Below are positions 30,057-42,291 of a DNA stretch of 64,000 nt, piece by piece (within the stretch, counting starts at the first letter, position 1; each line of letters begins with the position of its first letter). The notes below the pieces were generated by a model, which saw nothing but the letters and a program-made list of their open reading frames with translations, ran no database searches and was not told the origin of the DNA. The position numbers and the translations under genes were made by a program. The DNA is from Nitrospirales bacterium. Lineage in GTDB: Bacteria; Nitrospirota; Nitrospiria; Nitrospirales; UBA8639. The stretch is taken from contig OY820905.2 of assembly GCA_963555755.3 (NCBI GenBank), positions 1,088,001 through 1,152,000 of the forward strand. The letters run 5' to 3'.

Positions 30057-31952
30057 TTATACTTTCGCCAATTCTTGGCCCTTTTCATCTGGGGTAATTC
30101 GAAATTGGAGGGCCGGAAGTTTGTTCGTGCTGAAATAGGCCACATATAAAAACACATATTCACGGATAAAAATCTTCAAGTCCCACCCGGCATAGTGATT
30201 TTGTTCAAATTCCTCGAACACACGTTCGGCATCTTCAATACTTAACCCATCTTTCACCGTAAAATAGTAATCCAGCGCCAGATCCCATTCAGGGTTGGCA
30301 TAGAACGTCACTCCCCATTTTTCAGCATTCTTCGCCACCGGGGTATGCTTGCTCAGGTCGAAAGTCCCAAATCCAATAGAATGGACATGCTCTTTATTGT
30401 CTTCCAAGAATTGCATGGAAAATTTGGCATCTTCGTACCGTTCCCCTGGAAACCCAAAGAATCCCATGACGTGATTCCACACACCATGTGTAGAAGACAA
30501 CTCCATGCTTCGTTGAATCACATCCGTCGTCGTCGCCTTATCCATTAATTTGAGCACTCGCTCGCTGCCTGATTCATATCCAAAATGGAGGAATTTGCAG
30601 CCTGAATCCTGAGCATCCTGCCACACTTCATCATCCAATAAACTCTCTTCGAACCGCATGTGCGTGGTCCAGGCAATGCCCATTTGTTCTTCTTTCAACG
30701 CGCGCGTGAGCTTGCGGAACAGGGCTGGGGGATAGGACTCATCCGTAAAGTGGAACATATAGGTCTGATATTTATCGCGGAGAAATCGTACTTCTTCGAT
30801 GACCTCCTGAATCTTCTTCGTCCGATACCCGGCTGTGTATCCTTCCCCATGATCACAAAACTCGCACCGTCCCCAATAGCATCCGCGCGTGGCAAGATAG
30901 GGAAGGATGGGTTCTGGCACGAAATATTTTTCGAGCGGCAACCCGTCAAAATCCGGTGGCGGCAAATCGGACATATTTTCAGAAGAGGTGACCGGAGACG
31001 TATGGAGGCCGGAATCATCACGCCACAGCAGATTGGGAATTTCATTAAAATCACGATCCGTTCCAACGGCTTCGATTAGCTGCAAGAAGGCGGTTTCGCC
31101 CTCATATACGACAGCGCTGTCAAAAAGTGCGAATAATTGAGGCGAATTGGGAAACACATCTCGCAACCGCGTGACGGTATTTCCGCCAATGGTTATATGG
31201 ATGTTCGGAAATTGCTCTTTTATCATGGCGCAAAATGTCATCGTGGAAAACAATTGCTGTCGTAACACGATAGAGATACCAATGATGTCTGGCTGTTCCT
31301 CAATGATGGCAGGTTTCAAAATATGTTCAAACACATCTCGATACACATTGACTTGGGCATCTTCCACAGCGGCAAGGACTTCCGAAGATATAAAAATTTT
31401 ATATGAAAGATCCGTCTCCATCGGCGGCATACAAATACGGGCAGGAGAATAGACAAGAGAAATTGTCGCGGTCACTTCGCGGAAAATATTGATGGCCCAC
31501 TCAAGTTTATCAACATCATAAAACTCTGGTGACCGAACGATCGCCTTGGCTTGCTCTGCCTTCTCGCTCAGCTCGGCAATGCTTGAACGTGTGCATTCGC
31601 ACAAGGCCATTTGCAATTCTGTTTCGGCATCAGTCAACCCACGGTCCCGGCCGATTCGTTTAAGCCGGTCGAGTTGTTGAGGAACACGCTTGAGCACGCG
31701 CTTTAAGAAATCAGCGCTAAAAAACCAATCGTACATTTCCAAATTGACGTCTTTTTGAACCACCTCGTGGCCAGCCCGTCGAAGAAAAGCTGTCAACGTC
31801 GGCAGACTGAGATAGGGTTCGGAAGGATACCAATCTGGAGGGAAGACCAGCATGACCTTTTTCTTGGGTCCGCTTTCCGCTTGAGATTCTTTTCGACGAA
31901 GCTGTAGGAGCTGCGGGCTCAGCAGTCCGCCTTTATCATAGTCAATTATCAT
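30057..31952 (-). CDS. cobalamin-binding radical SAM protein (paralog of 28084)
   Basis: FPPDW.PSEPYL.LP.L, TIGGN, YEGE, TRGCYWGRCEFC; ATG 31952 with AAAGGA RBS. Confidence 0.92.
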   Translation of the reverse strand: MIIDYDKGGLLSPQLLQLRRKESQAESGPKKKVMLVFPPDWYPSEPYLSLPTLTAFLRRAGHEVVQKDVNLEMYDWFFSADFLKRVLKRVPQQLDRLKRIGRDRGLTDAETELQMALCECTRSSIAELSEKAEQAKAIVRSPEFYDVDKLEWAINIFREVTATISLVYSPARICMPPMETDLSYKIFISSEVLAAVEDAQVNVYRDVFEHILKPAIIEEQPDIIGISIVLRQQLFSTMTFCAMIKEQFPNIHITIGGNTVTRLRDVFPNSPQLFALFDSAVVYEGETAFLQLIEAVGTDRDFNEIPNLLWRDDSGLHTSPVTSSENMSDLPPPDFDGLPLEKYFVPEPILPYLATRGCYWGRCEFCDHGEGYTAGYRTKKIQEVIEEVRFLRDKYQTYMFHFTDESYPPALFRKLTRALKEEQMGIAWTTHMRFEESLLDDEVWQDAQDSGCKFLHFGYESGSERVLKLMDKATTTDVIQRSMELSSTHGVWNHVMGFFGFPGERYEDAKFSMQFLEDNKEHVHSIGFGTFDLSKHTPVAKNAEKWGVTFYANPEWDLALDYYFTVKDGLSIEDAERVFEEFEQNHYAGWDLKIFIREYVFLYVAYFSTNKLPALQFRITPDEKGQELAKV

Positions 31953-32041
31953 GTTAATCCTTTGCAAAAATGTTTCACGGAAAGGAGGCAAAGCCCTTCC
32001 ATTGGCAATTTTCCAAACACCTTTGAAAAATCAAAAGATTA

Positions 32042-32220
32042 GGACCTGAGAGCAAATACCTCGGACAATATCGCGCCAAGATTTGGGGCACATTTGGACG
32101 GAACGATTGAGAAAAACCCGAGGCCTAGCACAGCTATGGTGAGGGTTTTTCGATTGAGGCCCGTTCAAAGGTGGCCCGAAGATTGGATGCGAGATGTCCA
32201 AGTTATTTTCTCTCAGGTCC
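32042..32220. mobile_element. MITE family B (179 bp)
   Basis: GGACCTGAGAG...CTCTCAGGTCC, TTA TSD. Confidence 0.9.
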
Positions 32221-32237
32221 TTAGAGTACGAAGGGTC

Positions 32238-32267
32238 ATTCTATGCCTTCGGAAAAAGGCAGGTCAA
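32238..32267 (-). promoter_or_regulatory. putative sigma70 promoter of the radical SAM genes
   Basis: TTGACC-N18-TAGAAT on the minus strand. Confidence 0.5.
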
Positions 32268-32294
32268 GGACGCAACATCATGAAATATAAAGGG

Positions 32295-34198
32295 CAGGGC
32301 TATTTCATATTAAAGTGTAACTTTATAGATAATAAGGAATAATCGATTTAGGCTGGCTTTTTCTTTTCGTTTACGGCATACTCTTTTGCATGCCAGACGA
32401 ATCGCCAAGCGGACAGCCGGACATTGATCTGAGGCAAGTCGTGGTTCGCCCAATTGTCCGAGACGAAAAGGACGCCTTCAAGACCCTTCTCGACAGACAC
32501 CACTACCTCGGTCATGCCCCGCTGATTGGCCAATCGATACAATATCTCGCCTGTGTGCAGGATCGCTGGCTGGCCTTGCTGGTGTTTGCGGCGGCGGCCC
32601 TCAAATCGAGACCGCGAGACCACTGGATCGGCTGGCCCCCCTGTTTTCAATGGCAACGACTCCATTTACTGGCCAACAACACCTGGTTTCTCATGCTGCC
32701 GGGCTGTTCGCAAAAGAACCTCGCCTCGAAAGTCCTGTCGCTCTGCGCGAAACGGATCTCGGCCGATTGGCAACTGTACCACGGCTACCCCTTGCTCCTC
32801 TTAGAGACCTTCGTCGATCCTGCCCGCTTCACCGGGACCTGCTATCGGGCCGCCGGGTGGCACGAGCTCGGTCTGACACGAGGGTTTCGCAAGTCGAACA
32901 CGTGTTATGTTCAGCATGAGAGACCGAAGCGCATCCTAGTCGTGCGGCTGCATCCCCAAGCCCGAGAGATCCTTGCACGCCCGATGCTTGATCAGCCCTA
33001 TCAGAAAGGAGAAGCGCCTCAGATGAGATTGAATACAAAACAGACGGACTCCCTCTTTACGTATGTGGTGCAGCTGACCGATCCCCGCCATTTGCAAGGG
33101 CAACGGCACACCCGACGCGCCCTCACGGCGATCATGTTCTGTGCCACCTTGTGCGGCGCGCGCGGCTATGAAGCGATCTCGGACTGGGCCCAGCAGTTAT
33201 CGCAGCCGATGCGCAAGCGGCTAGGCTGTACTCAGCGAGGGGGGCGCTACCTCGTCCCGAGCCGCAGCACTCTTTACCGCTTTATCACGGCCGTCGACCC
33301 CTGTGAAGTCGATACCCTGCTCGGCCGGTGGCTGGACACCTTCGGCGGGGAGGATCAGGGCATTGCCATTGATGGGAAGACCATGCGGGGGACGTCGAAG
33401 GTCCCAAGCGAACAGACCCACGTCCTCAGCGCCGTCACCCATCAAGCCGGGCGCCACCTCACCCAAAAAAAGTTCACTCCAAGACCAATGAGATCCCCTG
33501 CGTGCGGCCCCTGTTAGATGCGCTCGAGATCGCAGGGAAGGTGATCACGGCGGATGCGCTCCTCACCCAGAAAGAGATTGCCGAGTACCTGGTGCACGAA
33601 CGCGGCGCCGACTTCGTCTTCACCGTCAAGGGAAACCAGCCCACCTTGAAGCACGACATTGAGGCCTTAGCGTTGCGAGCACGCCGGTGCGATTATGCCA
33701 CCACCGAGAAAGGCCATGGGCAGATCACGACCCGCAGGATCTGGTGCGATGACTCCCTGAATGCCTATGTCAACTTTCCTCATGTCCAGCAAGTCTTCTG
33801 CATTGAGAGGGAAGTGACGCATCTCAAGCAGGGCCTCACGACCGTCGAAGCGGTCTGCGGTGTCACGAGTCAGTCCAAAGACAAGGCGGGGCCGAAGACC
33901 ATCCTCTCGCAAAACCGAAAGCATTGGAGTGTGGAGAATAAGCAGCATTATGTGTTGGACGTCACCTTTGATGAAGACAGGAGTCAGATACGAAGTCTCA
34001 ATGGCCCAATGGTCATGACCTGTCTGAGACGCTATGCCATCAGTCTCTTACGCCTGAAAGGCTACACCAATATCGCGCAGGCGTGTAGACTGCTCTGGGG
34101 CAAGCCCCATTTAGCCATCCGCATGGCCCTGCCCTGAAAAAGAGCGCACAAAAAACCTCATGGAATCCCTTGCTTATAAAAAGAATGAAATGGCCCTG
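32295..34198 (+). mobile_element. ISAs1-family IS, copy 2 (transposase 32390-34137, -1 frameshift)
   Basis: same TIRs; 10-bp TSD ATATAAAGGG; private SNPs (NNTW instead of NNTR; AGAGCGC near the right end). Confidence 0.93.
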
Positions 34199-34208
34199 AT
34201 ATAAAGGG

Positions 34209-36112
34209 CAGGGCTATTTCATATTAAAGTGTAACTTTATAGATAATAAGGAATAATCGATTTAGGCTGGCTTTTTCTTTTCGTTTACGGCATACTCTTT
34301 TGCATGCCAGACGAATCGCCAAGCGGACAGCCGGACATTGATCTGAGGCAAGTCGTGGTTCGCCCAATTGTCCGAGACGAAAAGGACGCCTTCAAGACCC
34401 TTCTCGACAGACACCACTACCTCGGTCATGCCCCGCTGATTGGCCAATCGATACAATATCTCGCCTGTGTGCAGGATCGCTGGCTGGCCTTGCTGGTGTT
34501 TGCGGCGGCGGCCCTCAAATCGAGACCGCGAGACCACTGGATCGGCTGGCCCCCCTGTTTTCAATGGCAACGACTCCATTTACTGGCCAACAACACCCGG
34601 TTTCTCATGCTGCCGGGCTGTTCGCAAAAGAACCTCGCCTCGAAAGTCCTGTCGCTCTGCGCGAAACGGATCTCGGCCGATTGGCAACTGTACCACGGCT
34701 ACCCCTTGCTCCTCTTAGAGACCTTCGTCGATCCTGCCCGCTTCACCGGGACCTGCTATCGGGCCGCCGGGTGGCACGAGCTCGGTCTGACACGAGGGTT
34801 TCGCAAGTCGAACACGTGTTATGTTCAGCATGAGAGACCGAAGCGCATCCTAGTCGTGCGGCTGCATCCCCAAGCCCGAGAGATCCTTGCACGCCCGATG
34901 CTTGATCAGCCCTATCAGAAAGGAGAAGCGCCTCAGATGAGATTGAATACAAAACAGACGGACTCCCTCTTTACGTATGTGGTGCAGCTGACCGATCCCC
35001 GCCATTTGCAAGGGCAACGGCACACCCGACGCGCCCTCACGGCGATCATGTTCTGTGCCACCTTGTGCGGCGCGCGCGGCTATGAAGCGATCTCGGACTG
35101 GGCCCAGCAGTTATCGCAGCCGATGCGCAAGCGGCTAGGCTGTACTCAGCGAGGGGGGCGCTACCTCGTCCCGAGCCGCAGCACTCTTTACCGCTTTATC
35201 ACGGCCGTCGACCCCTGTGAAGTCGATACCCTGCTCGGCCGGTGGCTGGACACCTTCGGCGGGGAGGATCAGGGCATTGCCATTGATGGGAAGACCATGC
35301 GGGGGACGTCGAAGGTCCCAAGCGAACAGACCCACGTCCTCAGCGCCGTCACCCATCAAGCCGGGCGCCACCTCACCCAAAAAAAGTTCACTCCAAGACC
35401 AATGAGATCCCCTGCGTGCGGCCCCTGTTAGATGCGCTCGAGATCGCAGGGAAGGTGATCACGGCGGATGCGCTCCTCACCCAGAAAGAGATTGCCGAGT
35501 ACCTGGTGCACGAACGCGGCGCCGACTTCGTCTTCACCGTCAAGGGAAACCAGCCCACCTTGAAGCACGACATTGAGGCCTTAGCGTTGCGAGCACGCCG
35601 GTGCGATTATGCCACCACCGAGAAAGGCCATGGGCAGATCACGACCCGCAGGATCTGGTGCGATGACTCCCTGAATGCCTATGTCAACTTTCCTCATGTC
35701 CAGCAAGTCTTCTGCATTGAGAGGGAAGTGACGCATCTCAAGCAGGGCCTCACGACCGTCGAAGCGGTCTGCGGTGTCACGAGTCAGTCCAAAGACAAGG
35801 CGGGGCCGAAGACCATCCTCTCGCAAAACCGAAAGCATTGGAGTGTGGAGAATAAGCAGCATTATGTGTTGGACGTCACCTTTGATGAAGACAGGAGTCA
35901 GATACGAAGTCTCAATGGCCCAATGGTCATGACCTGTCTGAGACGCTATGCCATCAGTCTCTTACGCCTGAAAGGCTACACCAATATCGCGCAGGCGTGT
36001 AGACTGCTCTGGGGCAAGCCCCATTTAGCCATCCGCATGGCCCTGCCCTGAAAAAGAGGGCACAAAAAACCTCATGGAATCCCTTGCTTATAAAAAGAAT
36101 GAAATGGCCCTG
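34209..36112 (+). mobile_element. ISAs1-family IS, copy 3 (transposase 34304-36051, -1 frameshift)
   Basis: same TIRs; 11-bp duplication GATATAAAGGG (34198-34208, 36113-36123). Confidence 0.93.
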
Positions 36113-36131
36113 GATATAAAGGGTTACTGTA

Positions 36132-36160
36132 TTGACAGCAGGACCCCTCCTTAGTATTAT
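36132..36160 (+). promoter_or_regulatory. putative sigma70 promoter
   Basis: TTGACA-N17-TATTAT. Confidence 0.7.
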
Positions 36161-36275
36161 GAAGTTTTGTACTCGGAATTAGGGCTCAAAGCTAATCCCG
36201 CCAGAATTTCGCAAGACATCATCAAATTGAAACAAACTCAAGTAAACAACGTATTGACCCGACAGATGTGCCTAA

Positions 36276-36432
36276 GGGCTCGCGCAAAAATAACTTCCCA
36301 TGTTTGGGCGTCGATCCATCCAGTCTGGCAGCGTTGCTCGTCCTTTCCATACGAGGAGTATGCGCAATCCTCGCGCCTTGCCAGACAGGCATCTCAGCGC
36401 TCAAACATGGGAAGTTATTCTTGCGCGAACCC
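36276..36432. mobile_element. MITE family C (157 bp)
   Basis: GGGCTCGCGCAA.AATAACTTCCC TIR, TAA TSD; sits directly before the RBS TAAGGAG. Confidence 0.9.
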
Positions 36433-36443
36433 TAAGGAGTATA

Positions 36444-36953
36444 ATGATGAAGACGTCTACCCAGAAATTTGACCGAAATTGGCTTGCCTATCTCATGGAT
36501 TCTCTGGTGAATTCTGGTGCCATGCCGAGTTGGGAAGCCACAGACTACTTGACGTCGAATCTTATTGGCGAAGCGCCAAACACCCAACTCCATGAATCCA
36601 AGTCACCCTATGAAACAATCCAACAATTTCTACACCGTGTCTATGGACCAATCGTCGAAGCCGCGTCCCGTTCAGTCTATCTCCCCCAAGAATCCATGAT
36701 CCACATGTTCACCGATATCAGTGTGATGGGAAACTCGGCCGTCTTAGTCGTCTACTTTCCCGGACACAATAAACCTCACCAACTCCTGCTCCTCGATGGC
36801 GTCAAAGCCTGGGATCTGATGTTTCAAGACACTGAAGCATTCAACACCTGGGCCCAGGAACGATACACCTGGATCACCGATGCCTTAAAAGCCGTCAGCA
36901 TCGACTCCATGTTCCAGGAACCCGCCGAAGTGTCCATGGCCTTAAGTTCCTAA
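36444..36953 (+). CDS. hypothetical protein
   Basis: ATG after TAAGGAG; the upstream part of the track ORF is MITE-derived. Confidence 0.65.
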   Translation: MMKTSTQKFDRNWLAYLMDSLVNSGAMPSWEATDYLTSNLIGEAPNTQLHESKSPYETIQQFLHRVYGPIVEAASRSVYLPQESMIHMFTDISVMGNSAVLVVYFPGHNKPHQLLLLDGVKAWDLMFQDTEAFNTWAQERYTWITDALKAVSIDSMFQEPAEVSMALSS

Positions 36954-37030
36954 AAACGCCCTGGATTAATCCGACCTCCCCTGAAAAAAAATTTCCAGGG
37001 AAAACTATTCCTGCTTTGGCCTGACGATTA

Positions 37031-40000
37031 TTACAACAAATTGGGCGAAAGCCATCGCTCGACGGTGGAGACATCCATCTGCTTTCGAGTGGCATAGTCT
37101 TTCACTTGATCTTGATCGATCTTGCCAACCGAAAAGTATTTGGCTTGGGGGTGGGCAAAGTATAGGCCGCTGACAGATGCTGCGGGGAACATGGCGAAGG
37201 ATTCGGTGAGTTGAATTCCTGTGGATTTTTCTGCATTGAGAAGGTCAAACAACAATCCTTTTTCAGTATGGTCCGGACAGGCTGGATAGCCTGGGGCTGG
37301 ACGAATTCCGCGATAGCGCTCTTTGATTAAATCTTCATTTGAAAGGGTCTCTTCTTTTCCAAAACCCCATTCTTTTCGCGCTTCTCGGTGCAGCCATTCA
37401 GCAAAGGCTTCGGCTAGACGATCAGCAAGCGCTTTGGCCATAATCGAATTATAATCATCATGGTCTTTTTCGAATCGCTCACACAGCGCGTTGGTGCCAA
37501 TCCCTGCCGTTACCGCAAACCCGCCAATATAGTCCGGCAACCCCGTTGATTTCGGAGCAATGAAATCAGCTAAGGCATAGTTGGCATCACCTTTAGGTTT
37601 TTCCAATTGCTGGCGGAGGGTGTGAAAGGTCGTGAGCACTTCCGAACGCGACTCGTCCTTATACACTTCAATATCGTCTTCCACACTGTTTGCCGGAAAT
37701 ATTCCATAGACGGCTTTGGCCGTGAGTATCTTTTTCTCGATGATTTCTTTCAGTAAGCCTTGAGCATCGTCAAACAATTCTTTCGCCTTGCTCCCAAGGG
37801 TGGGATCGTCGAAAATCTTTGGGTACCGCCCCTTCAGCTCCCACGTATAAAAAAATGGCGACCAATCGATGAGCGGCACCAAATCTTCTAATGGCTGGCT
37901 CTCAATCACCCGCGTTCCTAGAAAACTCGGTTTGGCGATATCTGAGGCTTTCCAATCAATCGCCGTTCGTCGCTTGCGAGCCTCCTGCAAGGGCAACAGT
38001 TTTTTCCTGGTCTTCTTGCTTTCGTAGGCTTCGCGGGATGCGGCTTGTTGCTGTTGAACTTTTTCGACAAACCCGGGCTTTGCTTCTTCGCTCAACAATT
38101 GTCGGACGACATTGACAGCCAGAGAAGCATCCAACACATGCACGACCGGCTCTTTGTAGCCTGGCGCAATTTTGACTGCCGTATGTGCTTTGCTTGTCGT
38201 CGCTCCTCCGATGAGCAGCGGGATATCAAACCCTTCCCGAGCCATCTCTTTGGCGTTATGTACCATCTCATCTAATGATGGTGTGATGAGTCCACTCAAG
38301 CCGATCATATCGACTTTTTCTTCCTTGGCCCTCTGTAAAATCTTATCGCAAGGGACCATGACCCCAAGGTCAATAATTTCGTAGTTGTTACACCCCAAGA
38401 CAACTCCAACAATATTTTTTCCGATGTCGTGCACATCGCCTTTGACCGTCGCCATCAGGATTTTTCCTTGCCTACTGCTACCAGTTTTTTCTTTCTCAGC
38501 ATCCATATACGGAAGCAAGTAGGCCACGGCTTTCTTCATCACACGCGCACTCTTCACGACTTGGGGCAAAAACATTTTTCCGGCACCAAAGAGTTCGCCG
38601 ACTACATTCATTCCCGCCATCAACGGTCCTTCAATAACTTTCAGGGGCCGATCATATTGGTGCCGTGCTTCTTCTACATCTTCATCAATGTATTCCACAA
38701 TGCCTTTCACCAAGGCATGGGACAAACGCTCCTGCACCGTGTCTTTCCGCCAGGCATCATCTTTAACGACCACTTTCCCTTTTTGTGTCACGGTTTCCGC
38801 AAAGTTGACCAATCGCTCGGTGGCATCTGACCGACGGTTCAACAATACGTCTTCCACGAGCTCTAGCAGATCTTTCGGAATTTCTTCGTACACTCCCAAT
38901 TGACCGGCATTGACAATCGCCATATCCAAACCAGCCTGAATCGCGTGATACAAAAAAGCCGAATGCATGGCTTCTCTCACCACGTTATTGCCACGGAAGG
39001 AAAAGGAAATATTGCTCAGGCCTCCACTGACCTTGCAGTGAGGTAATGTGGCTTTAATCTGCCGGGTGGCATCAATAAAGTCGACGGCATAATTATTATG
39101 CTCTTCCATCCCGGTGGCCACTGTCAGAATATTTGGATCGAAAATAATATCTTGTGGAGGCAGCCCAACTTCTTCAGTTAGGATGTTATACGCTCTCGTA
39201 CAAATTTCGACCTTGCGTTCGGCCGTATCGGCCTGCCCGGTTTCATCGAAGGCCATGACGACAACAGCCGCACCATACCGTTTGATCAAGCTTGCGTGTT
39301 CTTTAAACTTCTCTTCGCCTTCCTTGAGGCTGATGGAATTCACCACACCCTTGCCTTGAACGCATTGCAACCCGGCTTCGATCACTGACCACTTCGAACT
39401 ATCAACCATAAGGGGCACACGACAAATATCTGGTTCCGAGGCAATGAGATTCAAAAAATGCACCATGGCTTTTTCCGAATCCAGCATGCCCTCGTCCATA
39501 TTGACATCGATAATCTGCGCACCGCCTTCAACTTGCTGGCGGGCGACTGAAAGGGCTTCCTCAAACTGGCCATTCAGAATCAATTTTGAAAATTTTGGTG
39601 AGCCCGTGACATTGGTTCGTTCACCAATATTGATAAAGTTCAATTCGGGCCGAATGACCAAGGGCTCCAACCCACTCAATCGCGTGGCTGGGATAGTTGG
39701 CACGACACCGTGTGGAGGAACATCACGGACAGCCTGAGCAATGGCATGAATGTGATCCGGGGTGCTTCCGCAGCATCCACCGACAATGTTCAACCAGCCA
39801 TTGGTAGCAAAATCACGAAGATCCTCACCCATGCGCTCGGGCGTTTCATCAAAACCCCCAAAGGCATTAGGCAGGCCGGCGTTGGGATAGCAACTAATAT
39901 AGGTCGGCGCGAGTTTCGACAGTTCCTCAATATAGGGCCGCATTTGCTTCGCACCCAAAGCGCAGTTAATCCCGACGCTAAAGGGATGCGCATCCGCAAT

Positions 40001-40711
40001 GGAATTCCAAAACGCCTCAATGGTTTGACCAGAAAGGGTTCGCCCGCTTAGATCGGTAATCGTGACCGACGCCATCATCGCAATGTCCACGCCATGCTCT
40101 TGACGATATTGATCAATCGCAAAAAATGCGGCCTTGGAATTGAGTGTATCGAAGATTGTTTCAACCAGCAGGAGATCGACTCCCCCATCCATGAGTCCTC
40201 GGACTTGCTCATAATAGGCTTCACGTAATTGATCAAAGGTGACGCCACGAAACGCGGGATTATTCACATCGGGAGACAGACAGGCTGTACGATTGGTGGG
40301 CCCGATGGCACCAGCCACAAATTTTGGCCGTGAGGGGTCTTTGGCCATCACCATCTCCACGGCTTTCCGAGCGGCTTTCGCACCAGCCAAATTGAGATCA
40401 TAAGCCAGGTGTTCCATTTTGTAATCAGCCATGGAAATGGAATTGGAGTTGAACGTATTCGTTTCGATCAGGTCCGCCCCCGCTTCCAGGTATTCTTGAT
40501 GGATCGAGGAAATGAGATCGGGCTTGGTCAGCACCAGCAAGTCATTATTGCCTTTGACATCACAAGAATGATTCGCAAACTGGGTTCCCCGAAAGTCCGC
40601 TTCTTCCAATTTATGCTGTTGGATCATCGTACCCATCGCGCCATCGAGCACAACAATCCGCTGTTTCATTAATTCTTGTAATTGACCAATTCGATCAGAT
40701 GAATGTTTCAC
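37031..40711 (-). CDS. metH: cobalamin-dependent methionine synthase
   Basis: [49 protein letters not shown]; 1226 aa. Confidence 0.98.
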   Translation of the reverse strand: MKHSSDRIGQLQELMKQRIVVLDGAMGTMIQQHKLEEADFRGTQFANHSCDVKGNNDLLVLTKPDLISSIHQEYLEAGADLIETNTFNSNSISMADYKMEHLAYDLNLAGAKAARKAVEMVMAKDPSRPKFVAGAIGPTNRTACLSPDVNNPAFRGVTFDQLREAYYEQVRGLMDGGVDLLLVETIFDTLNSKAAFFAIDQYRQEHGVDIAMMASVTITDLSGRTLSGQTIEAFWNSIADAHPFSVGINCALGAKQMRPYIEELSKLAPTYISCYPNAGLPNAFGGFDETPERMGEDLRDFATNGWLNIVGGCCGSTPDHIHAIAQAVRDVPPHGVVPTIPATRLSGLEPLVIRPELNFINIGERTNVTGSPKFSKLILNGQFEEALSVARQQVEGGAQIIDVNMDEGMLDSEKAMVHFLNLIASEPDICRVPLMVDSSKWSVIEAGLQCVQGKGVVNSISLKEGEEKFKEHASLIKRYGAAVVVMAFDETGQADTAERKVEICTRAYNILTEEVGLPPQDIIFDPNILTVATGMEEHNNYAVDFIDATRQIKATLPHCKVSGGLSNISFSFRGNNVVREAMHSAFLYHAIQAGLDMAIVNAGQLGVYEEIPKDLLELVEDVLLNRRSDATERLVNFAETVTQKGKVVVKDDAWRKDTVQERLSHALVKGIVEYIDEDVEEARHQYDRPLKVIEGPLMAGMNVVGELFGAGKMFLPQVVKSARVMKKAVAYLLPYMDAEKEKTGSSRQGKILMATVKGDVHDIGKNIVGVVLGCNNYEIIDLGVMVPCDKILQRAKEEKVDMIGLSGLITPSLDEMVHNAKEMAREGFDIPLLIGGATTSKAHTAVKIAPGYKEPVVHVLDASLAVNVVRQLLSEEAKPGFVEKVQQQQAASREAYESKKTRKKLLPLQEARKRRTAIDWKASDIAKPSFLGTRVIESQPLEDLVPLIDWSPFFYTWELKGRYPKIFDDPTLGSKAKELFDDAQGLLKEIIEKKILTAKAVYGIFPANSVEDDIEVYKDESRSEVLTTFHTLRQQLEKPKGDANYALADFIAPKSTGLPDYIGGFAVTAGIGTNALCERFEKDHDDYNSIMAKALADRLAEAFAEWLHREARKEWGFGKEETLSNEDLIKERYRGIRPAPGYPACPDHTEKGLLFDLLNAEKSTGIQLTESFAMFPAASVSGLYFAHPQAKYFSVGKIDQDQVKDYATRKQMDVSTVERWLSPNLL

Positions 40712-40976
40712 GTATTCCTCTTTCTCTACCCATCAACCCTGAAACCTACCCGGTTTCCAAACATCGCACGTTTCCCGACAAAGACAACAACGTCTTCTTG
40801 AAACATTTTAAATTGTGACATGGATGAGTGATTATACCTACTAGCAAGATTAGGGTCAAAAACAACGCTCGAAAAATTAGTTAGGATTTACACACGCTCA
40901 CATCGGCCTTTTTCTTGACGCCCTTTAAGTTGAGGGAATAGGATAAAAAAAGTAGCGTGAGTTTTCATCTTTATCT

Positions 40977-41762
40977 ATGCAAACGTTTCACCCCAAATCA
41001 CACCAAGCTTTCTGGCTACTTTTAGTCGGGCTGATCTTTCTCCCATCCCTTTCCCACGTCCAAGCCAAACCATATTTTGAAGATGGCTATCTGGGGCTGA
41101 CCAAGGCAGAATTGCACGAAACACTCGGCACGCCTCATGCCATCCGTTCCAGAAAAGCCGCCTTGCGTGTGTTCAGTTATTACTCGGCCAAAGATTGGGA
41201 TAAATATTTTCGTAAATTGGTATCGCCGGAATATGGCGAAGATGTCTATACCTACACGCGTGATGACATTCAGGTGCGATATGCTTTTGTCTATACTCCG
41301 GATCTTCGAGAGAATACAGACTTTCCCACCCTCTATATCAAACGCGTTGAAGTCGAATTTACTCCTGCGGTGCCGATCAAAGCCATTCCAAAATTAGTCC
41401 CAGAATTTTCGCCCCCTACGCTGCCCCACACTCCCGTGTTTCGATCGAATCTTTGGGTCCTCATTTTCCCAGGGTCACCGTCTCAGGATGCACTCTTGGT
41501 GGTGACGGAATACAATAAAGAAAAATGGGATTGGTCCCTCGCGTACCAACTTTTTTCCCTGAATGGCATTCCGGACTATATCACGAGCCAGTCGTTAATT
41601 GATCGATTAGAATTCACGGTTCAAAGCCTTCCCCTAATACAGAAGACGCGGCACCATACCCACGAACCCCTTTTGAATCCTTATTCCGTTGAATTTGCCC
41701 AACGCCCTCCCGAGCCGCCAAAGAAGAAAAAGTCCATTCCTGTTCCGGAGTATGCCGATTAA
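40977..41762 (+). CDS. hypothetical exported protein
   Basis: 261-aa ORF with signal peptide (VQA cleavage). Confidence 0.7.
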   Translation: MQTFHPKSHQAFWLLLVGLIFLPSLSHVQAKPYFEDGYLGLTKAELHETLGTPHAIRSRKAALRVFSYYSAKDWDKYFRKLVSPEYGEDVYTYTRDDIQVRYAFVYTPDLRENTDFPTLYIKRVEVEFTPAVPIKAIPKLVPEFSPPTLPHTPVFRSNLWVLIFPGSPSQDALLVVTEYNKEKWDWSLAYQLFSLNGIPDYITSQSLIDRLEFTVQSLPLIQKTRHHTHEPLLNPYSVEFAQRPPEPPKKKKSIPVPEYAD

Positions 41763-41878
41763 GAAAATCGTCGTTCGTATCTCGTCAAACGCATTTCGTC
41801 AATCAGGAAAAAATGCCGTGTAATGAAATACCCAGAACAAGCGACGATTCATGTGTTATCTTGACACGATCTGCTCAA

Positions 41879-42280
41879 TCACTCCACAAATTTGAGATCA
41901 CTGACATCAGAAAGAAGAAGATGGGATTCTCCCCACTGATTCGGACTATCAAGAGACCACTGTTCATCAACTGTCACGGGTTTGAGCCGAATCCCACAGA
42001 CCCCGCCGAACACGAGATACGCGAAACCCGCGCCTGAATCTTCCACGGACTGCGCGAGAGCGGAGCAAAGGGGCTCGCCTTCGTTGTCGGTCCAACCAAT
42101 CACATCACACCATTCCCCTCGGACCGAACGGTCATACAGCCTCACCTGAACTAGAGGTTTGGCGGGACCTTGCTCCTTAAAACGAAGAAACAGGGATCCT
42201 TCAAAATTTTGGCTGCTCTCAACCTCGACAAACACTATTCCTCCACATTGACGGCCTCTATTCCGCCCTGTTAAATTCAA
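41879..42280 (-). CDS. hypothetical protein
   Basis: 133-aa ORF filling the gap between genes; start uncertain. Confidence 0.55.
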   Translation of the reverse strand: MNLTGRNRGRQCGGIVFVEVESSQNFEGSLFLRFKEQGPAKPLVQVRLYDRSVRGEWCDVIGWTDNEGEPLCSALAQSVEDSGAGFAYLVFGGVCGIRLKPVTVDEQWSLDSPNQWGESHLLLSDVSDLKFVE

Positions 42281-42291
42281 TACTTATTCTC

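Noticed and set aside
32295..36112. Tandem IS as an assembly artefact
   Set aside because: Different TSD lengths and private SNPs argue for two real insertions; long reads would settle it
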